Source of the DNA: an uncultured Actinomycetes bacterium
GTDB lineage: Bacteria > Actinomycetota > Actinomycetes > Streptosporangiales > Streptosporangiaceae
Assembly: GCA_963742865.1 (NCBI GenBank)
Contig: CAVUNW010000044.1
Coordinates: 22,436-86,435 of the forward strand
Direction of reading: 5' to 3'
Length of the DNA stretch: 64,000 nt
Positions 51,426 through 61,208 of the stretch are shown here, piece by piece (position 1 is the stretch's first letter; every line of letters starts with the position of its first letter). The notes below the pieces were generated by a model. The model did no database searches and was not told the origin of the DNA. It worked only from the letters and a program-made list of their open reading frames with translations. The translations under genes were made by a program, and so were the position numbers.

Positions 51426-53075
51426 TCACGCCGTCTTTCCGGGTGGTCCGTGGGAGTGCAGGGTGCGTCCGTCGGGGCTGGTGGCGGTGGTGGTGCCGTC
51501 GGGGTGGCAGGTCAGTGTCCAGCCCCAGCGGTGAATGACAACCAAATGGTGGAATTTGCACAGGAGTTTCAGGTTGCCCAGCGCGGTGGGGCCGCCTTGG
51601 GACCAGTGGATTAGGTGGTGGGCGTCGCACCGGGATGGTGGCTGGCCGCAGCCGGGGAATTGGCAGTGCCGGTCCCGGTGGATGACGGCTTTGCGGAGGT
51701 GGGGTGGGACGGTGCGGGTGCTGCGGCCGACATCGAGGGGCTGGCTGCGGCTGGTGTAGGGCGCGCCCAGGGTGGTGGCGCGCAGGCAGGCCGCGAGGCC
51801 GCCGGGGCCGGACAGCAGGCTGATGCTCATGGTCAGCAGGGTGTCGCGGAGCCGCTGCCGGGTGGCGGGGGAGATCTGGCCGGGCCGTTCCGGCCGGGCG
51901 GCCAGGCGGCCGCCGTTTGGTGGCCGCCTGCCGGGGCCGTTGCCTGGCGGGCTGTCGCGGCGGGCGTCCGGCTGGTCCCGGTCCGCGGCCGGTTCGCCGT
52001 TCGCGTTGCCGCCTGGCCGGTCACCCTGGCCCGCGCCCGGCTGGCCGCCGTCCTGGTCGTGGCCGTGGGCGGTGAGGAATAGGTCGGTGAGCTGGTCCAG
52101 GATGGTCCCGTCGATCTGCCCGGACACGATCGGGGTGAGCACCGCGTCACAGGTGGCCGCCTCGGCGGCCGCGCCGGCCAGGTACACCGATCCGGGATCG
52201 GTGGCGGCGGCGCGGGCCAGGCTCCAGCCGGCTTCCAGGCCCGCGCCTTCGGGCAGGCCACGCAGGGCGGCCAGGTCGATGTGGATCTGGACCTGGGCCA
52301 GGGCGGGCTGGGTGTCCGGGCCGGGGTCCAGGCCGGCGCCGATCAGCCGCTGCGCACGCCTGCTGCAGCGCGTCATGGCGCCGCTGCGCGGCGGTGCGCA
52401 GATCTTCCGGGCCGCCTCGCTCGGCTAGCGCGTCCAGGATCACGGCCAGGCTGGCCGCGCACTCCGGCGTCAGGTCCCCCTGCAGCCGCCCCGCGCCGCC
52501 GATCGTGGTCTGCAGCCACACCGCCCGGTCCGCGAACCCGCCATCATCGCTGTCGGGGGTGGTCCGGGCCCGTTCGATCATCTCCCGCGCCAGCGCGTTG
52601 AGGTCATGCAGGTCGGCACCGCCCAGGGCCGCGGCGAGCAGGATCTGGTCGGCGTCGGCGCGGAGGTCTTCGGGCAGCTGGCCGGTCCAGTCGCAGATCT
52701 GCCGCGCCCACGACGCCGACAGCTGCCCCCCGGCCAGCGCGGCCGCGATGACCGGGTGCGCGGAGCCGCCGCGCCCACCCGGTCGCCCCAGCCGCCGCCC
52801 CCGGCGTGATCTTGGTGAACGCCCGGAGCCAGGATCTGGCGCCGTAGTGCCCGTCCGCCTGGTACCCGTCCCGGGCGGTGAACGCGGCCAGGATCTTCGC
52901 CCGCGCCGCGGTGTGCTGCGCCTCCGCGTGCTCCAGCCCCACCAGCGCCTCCGCCTGCGCCGCGGTCCCCAGATCAGCCGCGTCACACCCGGCCAGGATA
53001 TCCCAGCCCGGCCGACACCATCGCCAGCGCCTGCACCGTATTGGCCGGCGCCGCGGGCTCGTTCAGGGTGCACAT
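51426..53075 (-). pseudogene. HNH endonuclease with DUF222-type N-terminal region (REP13E12-like), at least three frame breaks (about 52990, 52780, 52375)
   Basis: Four pieces in different frames: MCTLNEPAAPANTVQALAMVSAGLGY; LEHAEAQHTAARAKILAAFTARDGYQADGHYGARSWL; AHPVIAAALAGGQLSASWARQICDWT...; and the C-terminal HNH part RDRHCQFPGCGQP..CDAHHLIHWSQGGPT.L.NL.LLC.FHH. Confidence 0.75.
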
Positions 53076-53249
53076 GGGCGGGATCACCTCCCCGGGGACA
53101 CTCGCTACTGTCGATCGATCACTAGTTCGAATACTAGCGAGAGGGTCCGACAAAACCGCGCCCGCAAATGAGCTCAGGGGTGCCGCAGATGAGCTCAGGA
53201 GTTGCGGGGCAGGCGCTCCCCAAACTCATTCGGCTGGCCAGGGTTGACA

Positions 53250-53459
53250 TGCTGCGCTTCCGGCGGCGAGACCGTCGTGCTGTTCACGCAGGCGGGCTGG
53301 CGTGAGCCGGTGCCGTTCATGCCCCACTGCAGCACCAAGTGGGCCGTGTTCCTGCTGGGCCTGCTGGGCCTGGGCCTGAAGGCCGGGCTGAAGGCCGGGC
53401 TGGAGGGCGGCAAGCCGACACCGTTCCCCGATGACCTGGCCGTCAGCAGCTGGGGCTGA
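53250..53459 (+). pseudogene. C-terminal fragment of an SRPBCC/AHSA1-family protein
   Basis: GETVVLFTQAGWREPVPFMPHCSTKWAVFL..LKAGLEGGKPTPFPDDL. It contains small internal duplications (LLG x2, LKAG x2), and the N-terminal half is absent. Confidence 0.45.
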
Positions 53460-53803
53460 CCTTCGGATGGATTCAACTGGAGCCGACTGCCGACCCAGCC
53501 CAGGTCGTGCTGGAGTCGGACCCCTACCGGCGGCTGTCCTACTCCTGGCACACCTTCACGCCGGAATGGGCGGAGGCCTACGACGTCGGCGACGATCACC
53601 TGGCCACGGTGGCCGCGGAGCCGCGATCCAGGGTGACCTTCGACATCGAGCCGCAGGGCGAGTACGTCCGGCTGAGGGTCGTGCAGGACGGCTTCGAGCC
53701 CGGCAGCGCGGTCCTGCCCGGCATCAGCGAGGGCTGGCCCCTCCTGCTGTCCAGCCTCAAGTCCCTGCTCGAAACCGGAGACGTCCTCCCGGCCGGCTCG
53801 TGA
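53435..53803 (+). pseudogene. N-terminally truncated SRPBCC/AHSA1-family protein
   Basis: ..VLESDPYRRLSYSWHTF...RVTFDIEPQGEYVRLRVVQDGF..GWPLLLSSLKSLLETG. About 60 N-terminal residues are missing; the frame opens only after a stop at 53432. Confidence 0.5.
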
Positions 53804-53835
53804 CCCGCTCCGGCCGGCCTGCTCCCGGCGCCGCG

Positions 53836-54333
53836 TCAGTCAGCGTTCAGGGCGTGCCGGATGCAGTCGCGGATCTCCGGCGCATCCGGCTCGGTCCGGG
53901 GGCGGAATCGTCCCAGGACCCGGCCGTCCGCGCCGACGACGAACTTCTCGAAATTCCACTGGATATCGCCGGCGCTGCCTTCGGCGTCGGGCGTCTCCGT
54001 CAGGACGCCGTACACCGCGTCCCGGTCCGGCCCGTTGACCTCGATCTTGTCCGACAGGGGGAACGTCACCCCGTAGGTCGTGGAGCAGAACGTCGAGATC
54101 TCGTCGGCGGTGCCCGGTTCCTGCCCGCCGAACTGGTTACACGGAAAGCCCAGCACGGTGAAGTCGGAGCCGCCCAGCTCTTCCTGGAGCGCCTCGAGCT
54201 TGGCGTACTGCGGGGTAAGGCCGCATTTACTCGCCACGTTGACCACAAGCGCCACGCGTCCGTCGGTCAGGCTCCCGAACGTCGTCGCGGTTCCGTCCAG
54301 GGTCGTGACCGGCAGGTCCAGCAGGTCGGGCAT
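53836..54333 (-). CDS. glutathione peroxidase (Cys type)
   Basis: LVVNVASKCGLTPQY, GFPCNQFGGQEPG and WNFEKF. ATG 54333 lies 7 nt after AAGGAG. Confidence 0.85.
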   Translation of the reverse strand: MPDLLDLPVTTLDGTATTFGSLTDGRVALVVNVASKCGLTPQYAKLEALQEELGGSDFTVLGFPCNQFGGQEPGTADEISTFCSTTYGVTFPLSDKIEVNGPDRDAVYGVLTETPDAEGSAGDIQWNFEKFVVGADGRVLGRFRPRTEPDAPEIRDCIRHALNAD

Positions 54334-54424
54334 GCACGCACTCCTTGAAGAATCCAGCAATTGCTTCCGATTCTGCCACCTTGCCGGGCCTCGGATAGCC
54401 AGGCCTGGGACCATCGCCGGGGGC

Positions 54425-55216
54425 TTAACGATCTGCCGAACGGCTGACGGCGGACGCGGCGGCGGGGACGCGGACGGCCGTGAACGTAATGGTGCGGCGC
54501 AGCCGGAAGCCCATCGACTCGTACAGCCGGACGGCTCCGGTGTTACTGGCCAGCGCGTGCAGGAACGGGGTCTCGCCGCGCGCCCGGATCCCGGCCATCA
54601 GCACGCGCATCAGGCGGGTCGCGAACCCATGGCCGCGCCACCCGTCGTCCGTGCAGACCCCGCTGATCTCGGTCCAGCCCGGCGGATGCAGGCGCTCCCC
54701 GGCCATCGCGACGAGCGCCCCGCCACGGCGGATGCCCAGAAACACCCCCAGCTCCGCGGTCCGCGCCAGGAACGGTCCCGGTTTGGTCCGTTCCGCTAGA
54801 TCAAGCATCTCCGCGCTATCGCCAGGCCCGAGCCGCACGACGGCGTCGTCGGCGTCGTCGGCGCCGGCCCTCGGCCCGGCACCCTCCCCGGCCCTGGCAC
54901 CCTCCCCGGCCGCGACGCCCTCGTGCACCAGCTGGACTCCCTCGCCGATCGGCGTGACCGGCCATCCGTCCGGCGGCGCGACCCCGGCCAGCGCGACCAG
55001 CGCGCCCGGCCCGGCCAGTGCGGCCAGGTCGGCCCAGTCGGCGGCGCGCGGCCGGTCGGGCAGGGCCACGAACGGCGACACGTCGGCGGGGTAGCGCAGC
55101 ACGTCGCCCCGGCGCTCCGCGAAGTGCGCGTGCGGCCCGCACAGCGAGGAGCGGACCGGGTTGTCCAGCGGATGCACGCCGTCCAGACCGTGGGCGGGCA
55201 GGTAAGCCTGCGGCAT
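54425..55216 (-). CDS. GNAT family N-acetyltransferase
   Basis: C-terminal acetyl-CoA-binding region WRGHGFATRLMRVLMAGIRARGETPFLH..NTGAVRLYESMGF. ATG follows AAGGAGGAG. Confidence 0.75.
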   Translation of the reverse strand: MPQAYLPAHGLDGVHPLDNPVRSSLCGPHAHFAERRGDVLRYPADVSPFVALPDRPRAADWADLAALAGPGALVALAGVAPPDGWPVTPIGEGVQLVHEGVAAGEGARAGEGAGPRAGADDADDAVVRLGPGDSAEMLDLAERTKPGPFLARTAELGVFLGIRRGGALVAMAGERLHPPGWTEISGVCTDDGWRGHGFATRLMRVLMAGIRARGETPFLHALASNTGAVRLYESMGFRLRRTITFTAVRVPAAASAVSRSADR

Positions 55217-55267
55217 CGAAGACTCCTCCTTGTCGGGGGCGGCACTTCCACGATCGTGACATTTCTT

Positions 55268-55280
55268 CTTAACGGACGTG
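55268..55280. repeat. third copy of the 13-mer CTTAACGGACGTG, preceded by a T-rich tract
   Basis: gacatttcttCTTAACGGACGTGcgc, in the divergent GNAT / LLM intergenic region. The upstream CACGATCGTGA can pair imperfectly with it. Confidence 0.6.
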
Positions 55281-55370
55281 CGCGGGAGCCCTCTCGCGCA
55301 CGGGACGTGTCCGCCTGGCGGCCGGGGACAAGCCGGCCATACTCGACTTTCCCTATCGGAACAATCTAGT

Positions 55371-56621
55371 TTGGACGGAGGCACCCCTGACCAACGGGAG
55401 CACATCCTGACTGCCTCACCGCCCCCCGCTCTGCATCTGTCCGTCGCGCTGGACGGCGCCGGCTGGCATCCCGCCGCGTGGCGCGAGCCCCGGGCCCGTC
55501 CGGACGAGCTGTTCACCGCGCGCTACTGGACCGGCATCGTCGCCGAAGCCGAACGCGGCCTGCTCGACTTCGTCACGATCGAGGACGGTCTCGGCCTGCA
55601 GTCTGACCGCTACGGCGAGCCGGACGCGCGTACCGACCGGGTCCGCGGGCGGCTGGACGCGGTGCTGATCGCCGCGCGCGCCGCGCCGGTGACCCGCCAT
55701 GTCGGGCTCGTCCCGGCGGTCGTCGTCACGCACACCGAGCCGTTCCACGCCTCCAAGGCCATCGCGACGCTCGACTACGTCAGCGGCGGCCGGGCCGGGG
55801 TCCGGGTCCGGGTGTCGTCCAGCCCGCACGAGGCCGCGCTCTTCGGCCGGCGCGACGTTCCCGCGCTGAACCTTCGTGACCGCGCCGACCCTGCGGCCAG
55901 GGAGTTCGCCGCGGGGCTGTTCGGGGAGGCCGCGGACTACGTCGAGGTGATCCGGCGGCTGTGGGACAGCTGGGAGGACGGCGCCGAGATACGGGACGCC
56001 GCGACCGGCCGCTTTATTGACCGGGACAAGCTGCACTACATCGACTTCGCCGGGATACTTCAGCGTCAAGGGCCCGTCGATCACCCCGCGGCCGCCGCAG
56101 GGGCAGCCGGTGGTCGCCGCCCTGGGGCACGGTCCCGGGCCCTACCGGCTGATCGGCCAGTCCGCCGACGTCGGCTTCGTGACCCCGCAGGACGCCGGGC
56201 AGGCGCGCGGCCTGGTGACGCAGATCCGGTCCGCGCAGGCCGAGGCGGGGCGCGCGGAGCAGAAGCTGCACGTCTTCGCCGACCTGGTGGTGTTCCTGGC
56301 CCAGGATGCCGGGATGGCGGCCGGGCGCAAGCAGCGGCTCGACGACCTCGCCGGGCTTGAGTTCCGCAGCGACGCCGCCGTCTTCACCGGGACACCCGCG
56401 CAGCTGGCGGTCCTGCTGCAGGAGTGGCAGCAGGCCGGGCTGTCGGGCTTCCGGCTGCGCCCCGGCGTCATCCCGGACGACCTCGAGGCGATCACCCGGG
56501 GACTGGTACCCGAACTGCAGCGCCGCGGCGTCTTCCGCTCCGGGTACGAGGCCAGCACCCTGCGCGGGCTGCTCGGCCTGGCCGCCCCGCGAACCGCTAC
56601 GCCCCAGCCGGGAGGAGCTGA
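55371..56621 (+). pseudogene. LLM-class flavin-dependent oxidoreductase, at least two frame breaks (about 56055, 56575)
   Basis: LHLSVALDGAGWHPAAWR, LDFVTIEDG and ATLDYVSGGRAG are in ORF 55278. KYFSVKGPSITPRPPQGQPVV..LSGFRLRP.. is in ORF 56017. The tail ..RPANRYAPAGRS* is in ORF 56424-56621. The start is uncertain (a TTG at 55371 is in frame). Confidence 0.7.
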
Positions 56622-56623
56622 TC

Positions 56624-58045
56624 ATGACCACGGCCCGCAAGCAGATTCACCTCGCCGCGCACTTCCCCGGCGTCAACAACACCACGGTATGGAGCGATCC
56701 GCGTTCCGGCAGCCACATCGAGTTCAGCTCCTTCGCGCACCTGGCCCGGACCGCCGAGCGCGCCAAGTTCGACTTCCTGTTCCTGGCCGAGGGACTCCGG
56801 CTGCGCGAGCAGAACGGCCTGATCTACGACCTGGACGTCGTGGGCCGCCCGGACACATTCACCGTGCTGGCCGCGCTGGCCGCGGTGACCGACCGGCTCG
56901 GGCTGGCCGGCACGATCAACTCCACCTTCAACGAGCCGTACGAGGTCGCCCGGCAGTTCGCCAGCCTCGACCACCTGTCCGGCGGGCGGGCCGCGTGGAA
57001 CGTGGTGACGTCCTGGGACGCCTTCACCGGCGAGAACTTCCGGCGCGGCGGCTTCCTGCCGCAGGAGGCCCGCTACGAACGGGCCCGGAGGTTCCTCCAG
57101 ACGGCTGGGAGCTGTTCGATTCCTGGCGCGGCGACGAGATCGTCGCCGACAAGGAATCCGGGGTGTTCCTGGCGGACGCCGGCGCGGGCGAGTTCGCGCA
57201 CACCGACGAGGTACTTCGGCATCAGCGGGCAGTTCAGCGTGCCCCGCAGCCCGCAGGGACGGCCGGTCATCTTCCAGGCGGGCGACTCGGAAGAGGGCCG
57301 GGAGTTCGCCGCGTCCAGCGCTGACGCGATCTTCAGCCGGCACGGCACGCTGGAGGACGGCCAGGCGTTCTACGCCGACGTCAAGGGGCGCCTGGCCCGC
57401 TATGGGCGGTCCCCGGACCAGCTGCTGATCTTGCCGGCCGCGACCTTCGTCCTCGGAGACACCGACGCCGCGGCTCAGGAACTGGCCCGCGAGGTGCGCT
57501 TCCAGCAGGTCAGCGGGCAGACGGCGATCAGGTTTCTGGAGCAGGTGTGGAACCGGGACCTGTCCGGCTACGACCCGGACGGCCCGCTGCCCGGCATCGA
57601 CCCGGACCCGGGGGGCGGCACCGTCGCCCGCGGCCGGGCCAGCGTGCGAATGTACCGGGACCCGCTCGCCGTCGCGGCGCAGTGGCGGGCCCGGGCGGAG
57701 GCCGGGAACCTGTCGATCCGCGAGCTGATCATCGAGGTCACCGGGCGGCAGACGTTCGTCGGCGCCCCGGCCACCGTCGCCGGGGCGATCAACACCCTGG
57801 TCCAGGCGGACGCGGGCGACGGGTTCATCCTCGTCCCGCACATCACGCCCGGCGGCCTGGACGACTTCGCGGACCGGGTCGTTCCGCTGCTGCAGGAGCG
57901 GGGCGTGTTCCGGGCTGACTACCAGGGCAGCACGCTGCGCGAGCACCTGGGGCTGGCGCCGCTGGCCGGTGACCCGCGCGCCCCGGGCAGCCTTGTCCGG
58001 GGCAACCTGGCCACGAGCGCGACGCGCGCCGGAGCGGCGTCATGA
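56624..58045 (+). pseudogene. NtaA/SnaA/DszA-family FMN-dependent monooxygenase, two compensating frame breaks (about 57095, 57215)
   Basis: KQIHLAAHFPGVNNTTVWSDP, FDFLFLAEGL and LDHLSGGRAAWNVVTSW. The middle segment WELFDSWRGDEIVADKESGVF is in another frame. GRPVIFQAGDSEEGREFAA is back in the original frame. Confidence 0.75.
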
Positions 58046-59207
58046 GCCGAGTCCCGCTCTCCGTCCTCGACCTCGTGCCGATCAGTTCCGGGTCGACGGC
58101 CGCGGAGGCCCTGCGCAACAGCGTCGACCTGGCCCGGGCCGCGGAGCGCCTCGGCTACGCCCGGTACTGGTTCGCCGAGCATCACCTGAACCCCGGCGTG
58201 GCCGGGACCTCACCGGCGGTCGTCCTCGCCCTCACCGCCGCCGCGACCTCGGCCATCCGTATCGGGTCCGGAGCGGTCCAGATGGGCCACCGCACCGCGC
58301 TGTCCACGGTGGAGGAGTTCGGCCTGATCGACGCGCTGCACCCGGGACGGCTCGATCTGGGCCTGGGCCGGTCCGCCGGCCGCCCGAAGGCGGACGCGCT
58401 CCCCGCCGGGCCCGGCGCTCGGGCGCCTTGCCCGGCGCCCCGGGCCGCCGGCGGGCGGGAACCGGCAGGCGCCGAACGGGCTGCTGATCCCGCCCGAGGT
58501 TCTCGCCCGCGCACTTGCTCGGCTCGCCGCGCTTCGCGCTGCAGAAGGCGCTGCTGCAACTGCCGGGCGCACGCTCGCAGGACTACACCGAACAGGTGAC
58601 CGACATCCTGGCCCTGCTTGCTGGCACCTACCGGTCGGCTGACGGCGTGGAAGCGCACGCCATTCCCGGGGAGGGCGCGGACGTTCAGGTATGGATCCTG
58701 GGCAGCAGCGGCGGCGAGAGCGCCCAGGTGGCCGGGGCGAACGGGCTGCGGTTCGCGGCGAACTACCACGTCAGCCCGGCGACCGTGCTCGAAGCGGCCG
58801 AGGGGTACCGGGCCGCGTTCCGGCCGTCCGCGGGCCTCGGCCGGCCCTACGTCAGCGTCTCCGCCGACGTCGTGGTCGCGGCCGACGAAGCCACCGCGCG
58901 GGAACTGGCCGCCGGCTACGGCGCGTGGGTGCGCAGCATCCGGTCGGGAGAGGGCGCGATCCCGTTCCCGACGCCAGCGGAGGCACGCGCGTACCGCTGG
59001 AGCGACGCGGACCGGGCCATGGTCGCCGACCGGGTCGACACCCAGTTCGCCGGGTCTGCGAAGCAGGTCGCCGACCAGCTGGAGCAGCTCCAGGAAGCCA
59101 CCGGCGCGGACGAACTGATCATCACCACCATTACGCATGATCACGCCGACCGGGTCCGCTCCTACCGGCTGCTGGCGGAAGAGTGGAGCCGCCGGCAGAC
59201 CCCGTAA
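58042..59207 (+). pseudogene. LLM-class flavin-dependent oxidoreductase (luciferase-like, MsnO8/YhbW-like), frame break(s) between about 58390 and 58515
   Basis: PLSVLDLVPISSGSTAAEALRNSVDLARAAERLGYARYWFAEHH is in ORF 58042. VWILGSSGGESAQVAGANGLRFAANYH... is in ORF 58515-59207. ATGA overlap with the upstream gene. Confidence 0.75.
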
Positions 59208-59371
59208 CGGCTGTCAGCCGGAAGCCGCGCAGGTGCCTGCTGGCGGGGCCGTCGAGCTCGAGCAGGCCCCGGTTCCGGAGCTGCATGACCGCGATAACTC
59301 CAGGCCACCCGGTCTCACCACCCCGGTCGCCAGCCCTCCCGCCGGATGGCGATGGAGGGTCTCGTCGATGA

Positions 59372-59557
59372 CTAATGCGAGCCGTTTCTTATCCAGCGAC
59401 CGGGCGACCATTTCGACAGCGGCGGGCGCTCGTACGGTGGCGAGGGCTCGGCCCCGGCCAGGATGATCTGGCCGTCCCAGCCCTCCTCGCGGAGGGTGAA
59501 CGCCGCCCGGGTGCCGCACTCGCCAGCCCCGGCGATCACGATGGCCGGGGCGGGCAT
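59372..59557 (-). pseudogene. N-terminal stub (about 50 aa) of an FAD-dependent ferredoxin reductase (MocF-like)
   Basis: MPAPAIVIAGAGECGTRAAFTLREEGWDGQIILAGAEPSPPYERPPLSK (GxGxxG fold) then degenerates. Only about 350 bp are available before the convergent LLM gene. ATGA overlap with the Rieske gene. Confidence 0.55.
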
Positions 59558-59886
59558 CAGCCGGCCTCGAGGTAGCCGGCGTCGATATAGACCGTGCCGC
59601 CGGTCACCTTGACCGGGTACGTGCGGACGTTCTCCAGGACGGGCGCGCCGAGCGCCTGGCCGCTGGTGTAGTCGAAGCGCCCGTTGTGCTTGGGGCATTC
59701 GATGATGCCGCCCATCACCAGGCCGTCGCAGAGCAGGGTCCGTTCGTGCGTGCAGTGCCCGTCGGTGGCGTAGTACTCGTCGTCGGGGGAGCGGTAGATC
59801 GCGTAGTCGTGGCCATCGTGCGTGAAGGGCACGACGTCCTCGGGGTCGATGTCGCCGGCCTCGCAGGCCGCGATCCACTGGGCCAT
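59557..59886 (-). CDS. Rieske 2Fe-2S ferredoxin (MocE-type)
   Basis: CTHERTLLCDG and ECPKHNGRF (CxH...CxxH Rieske ligands), 109 aa. Confidence 0.85.
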   Translation of the reverse strand: MAQWIAACEAGDIDPEDVVPFTHDGHDYAIYRSPDDEYYATDGHCTHERTLLCDGLVMGGIIECPKHNGRFDYTSGQALGAPVLENVRTYPVKVTGGTVYIDAGYLEAG

Positions 59887-59912
59887 CGGGTCTCTCCTCG
59901 GGAGGGCAGGGG

Positions 59913-61016
59913 TCAGGCGGCGAGCGGCCGGGCGCGGCCGTCGCTGACCGGCGTGGGCTCGTGGAACGGCGCGGCGCCGGGCAGCAGTTCACGGCGCACG
60001 TAGTACTCCTGGTCCCGCAGCTGGCGCAGGACCGCCGGGATGATCTCCTTGTAGGCCGCCCACAGCGACGGGTAGGCGGGCGCACAGTCGCGGGAGATCT
60101 CCTCGTGCAGCTCGGGCAGCCGGTAGTACGGCACCATCGGGAACATGTGGTGCTCGACGTGGTAGTTCATGTTCCAGTACAGGAACCGGTTGACGCGGCA
60201 CATCTTCACCGTGCGGGTGTTGAGCCGGTGGTCGAGCACGTTCTCGCCCATGCCGGCGTGCTGGGTGAAGCCGTAGATGTAGAACAGGCAGGCGCCGTAC
60301 AGTCGCGGCCCGCCGATCAGCACCACCGGCAGCCAGGACCCGAACCCGGCCGCCAGCGCGATCGTGGCGGCGTAGATGGCCAGGTCGATCCGGGCCGTCC
60401 GGTAGACCTTGTGCCGCTCGGCCGCCGGGACGTAGTCGGCTTCGGTGGCGGTGAGCCGCCCGGTCGCGTGCCGGAACATCAGCGCGAACGCCACCGGCAC
60501 GTCGACCAGCCCGATCAGGTTGGCCAGCAGCGTGGCCAGCCGGGCCGGGCGCATGACCGCGATCTCCGGGTCGCGCCCGACGATCAGGGTGTCGGTGTGG
60601 TGCCGGGTGTGGCTCCACCGCCAGGTGGTCGGGTCCCGCATGATCATGAACGAGGCGAGCTGGTACAGGCCCTCGTCGATCCAGCGGGTCCGGAACGCGG
60701 TCCCGTGCCCGGACTCGTGCCAGCGGGAGTCCGACGTCGAGCCGTACAGGATGCCGTAGGCGAGGAAGAACGGCACGGCCCACCAGCTGTGCCAGACGAT
60801 CCAGAAGGTGATGCCGAGCCCGGCGAACGCCGCGATCAGGCCGAGCCAGATCGCGGTATCCCGGACGGCCGGGTAGTCGGAGCGCCGCATCAGCTCCTTC
60901 ATCCGCTTACGCGGCACCGCACTGCGGAACCAGTCGCCGCCCGCCAGCCCGGTGTCCACCGCGGCCTGATTCTCCGGGCCCAGCAGGCTGTACCGTTCCA
61001 GCCGTTCTCTGCCCAT
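59913..61016 (-). CDS. membrane fatty-acid-desaturase-family oxygenase (MocD-like)
   Basis: Histidine boxes HESGH, HTRHH and HVEHH, plus TM segments. Confidence 0.85.
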   Translation of the reverse strand: MGRERLERYSLLGPENQAAVDTGLAGGDWFRSAVPRKRMKELMRRSDYPAVRDTAIWLGLIAAFAGLGITFWIVWHSWWAVPFFLAYGILYGSTSDSRWHESGHGTAFRTRWIDEGLYQLASFMIMRDPTTWRWSHTRHHTDTLIVGRDPEIAVMRPARLATLLANLIGLVDVPVAFALMFRHATGRLTATEADYVPAAERHKVYRTARIDLAIYAATIALAAGFGSWLPVVLIGGPRLYGACLFYIYGFTQHAGMGENVLDHRLNTRTVKMCRVNRFLYWNMNYHVEHHMFPMVPYYRLPELHEEISRDCAPAYPSLWAAYKEIIPAVLRQLRDQEYYVRRELLPGAAPFHEPTPVSDGRARPLAA

Positions 61017-61054
61017 CCGCCGATCACCTCGCCTGAAATGTCACTATCTGACTC

Positions 61055-61139
61055 GCGCTGCCGGATTCGCGCTGCCGGATTCGCGCTGCCCGACTTGCGC
61101 TGCCCGACTTGCGCTGCCCGACTTGCGACCGCCCGACTT
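61055..61139. repeat. six tandem 14-bp units (GCGCTGCCGGATTC x2, GCGCTGCCCGACTT x3, one degenerate) in the desaturase promoter region
   Basis: Read directly from the sequence. The array ends 4 nt before the LacI-type operator. Confidence 0.75.
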
Positions 61140-61142
61140 GCG

Positions 61143-61160
61143 TGTTGGAGCGCTCCAACC
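61143..61160. promoter_or_regulatory. LacI-family operator TGTTGGAGCGCTCCAACC (16-bp perfect palindrome core)
   Basis: GTTGGAGC|GCTCCAAC with a central CG. A near-identical site lies at 62316-62333, and the adjacent gene encodes a LacI-family repressor. Confidence 0.6.
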
Positions 61161-61208
61161 GCCATCATGAGCGGCCGAACGGGCGCTGTCAAGGGGTGTG
61201 TGGCGCGA

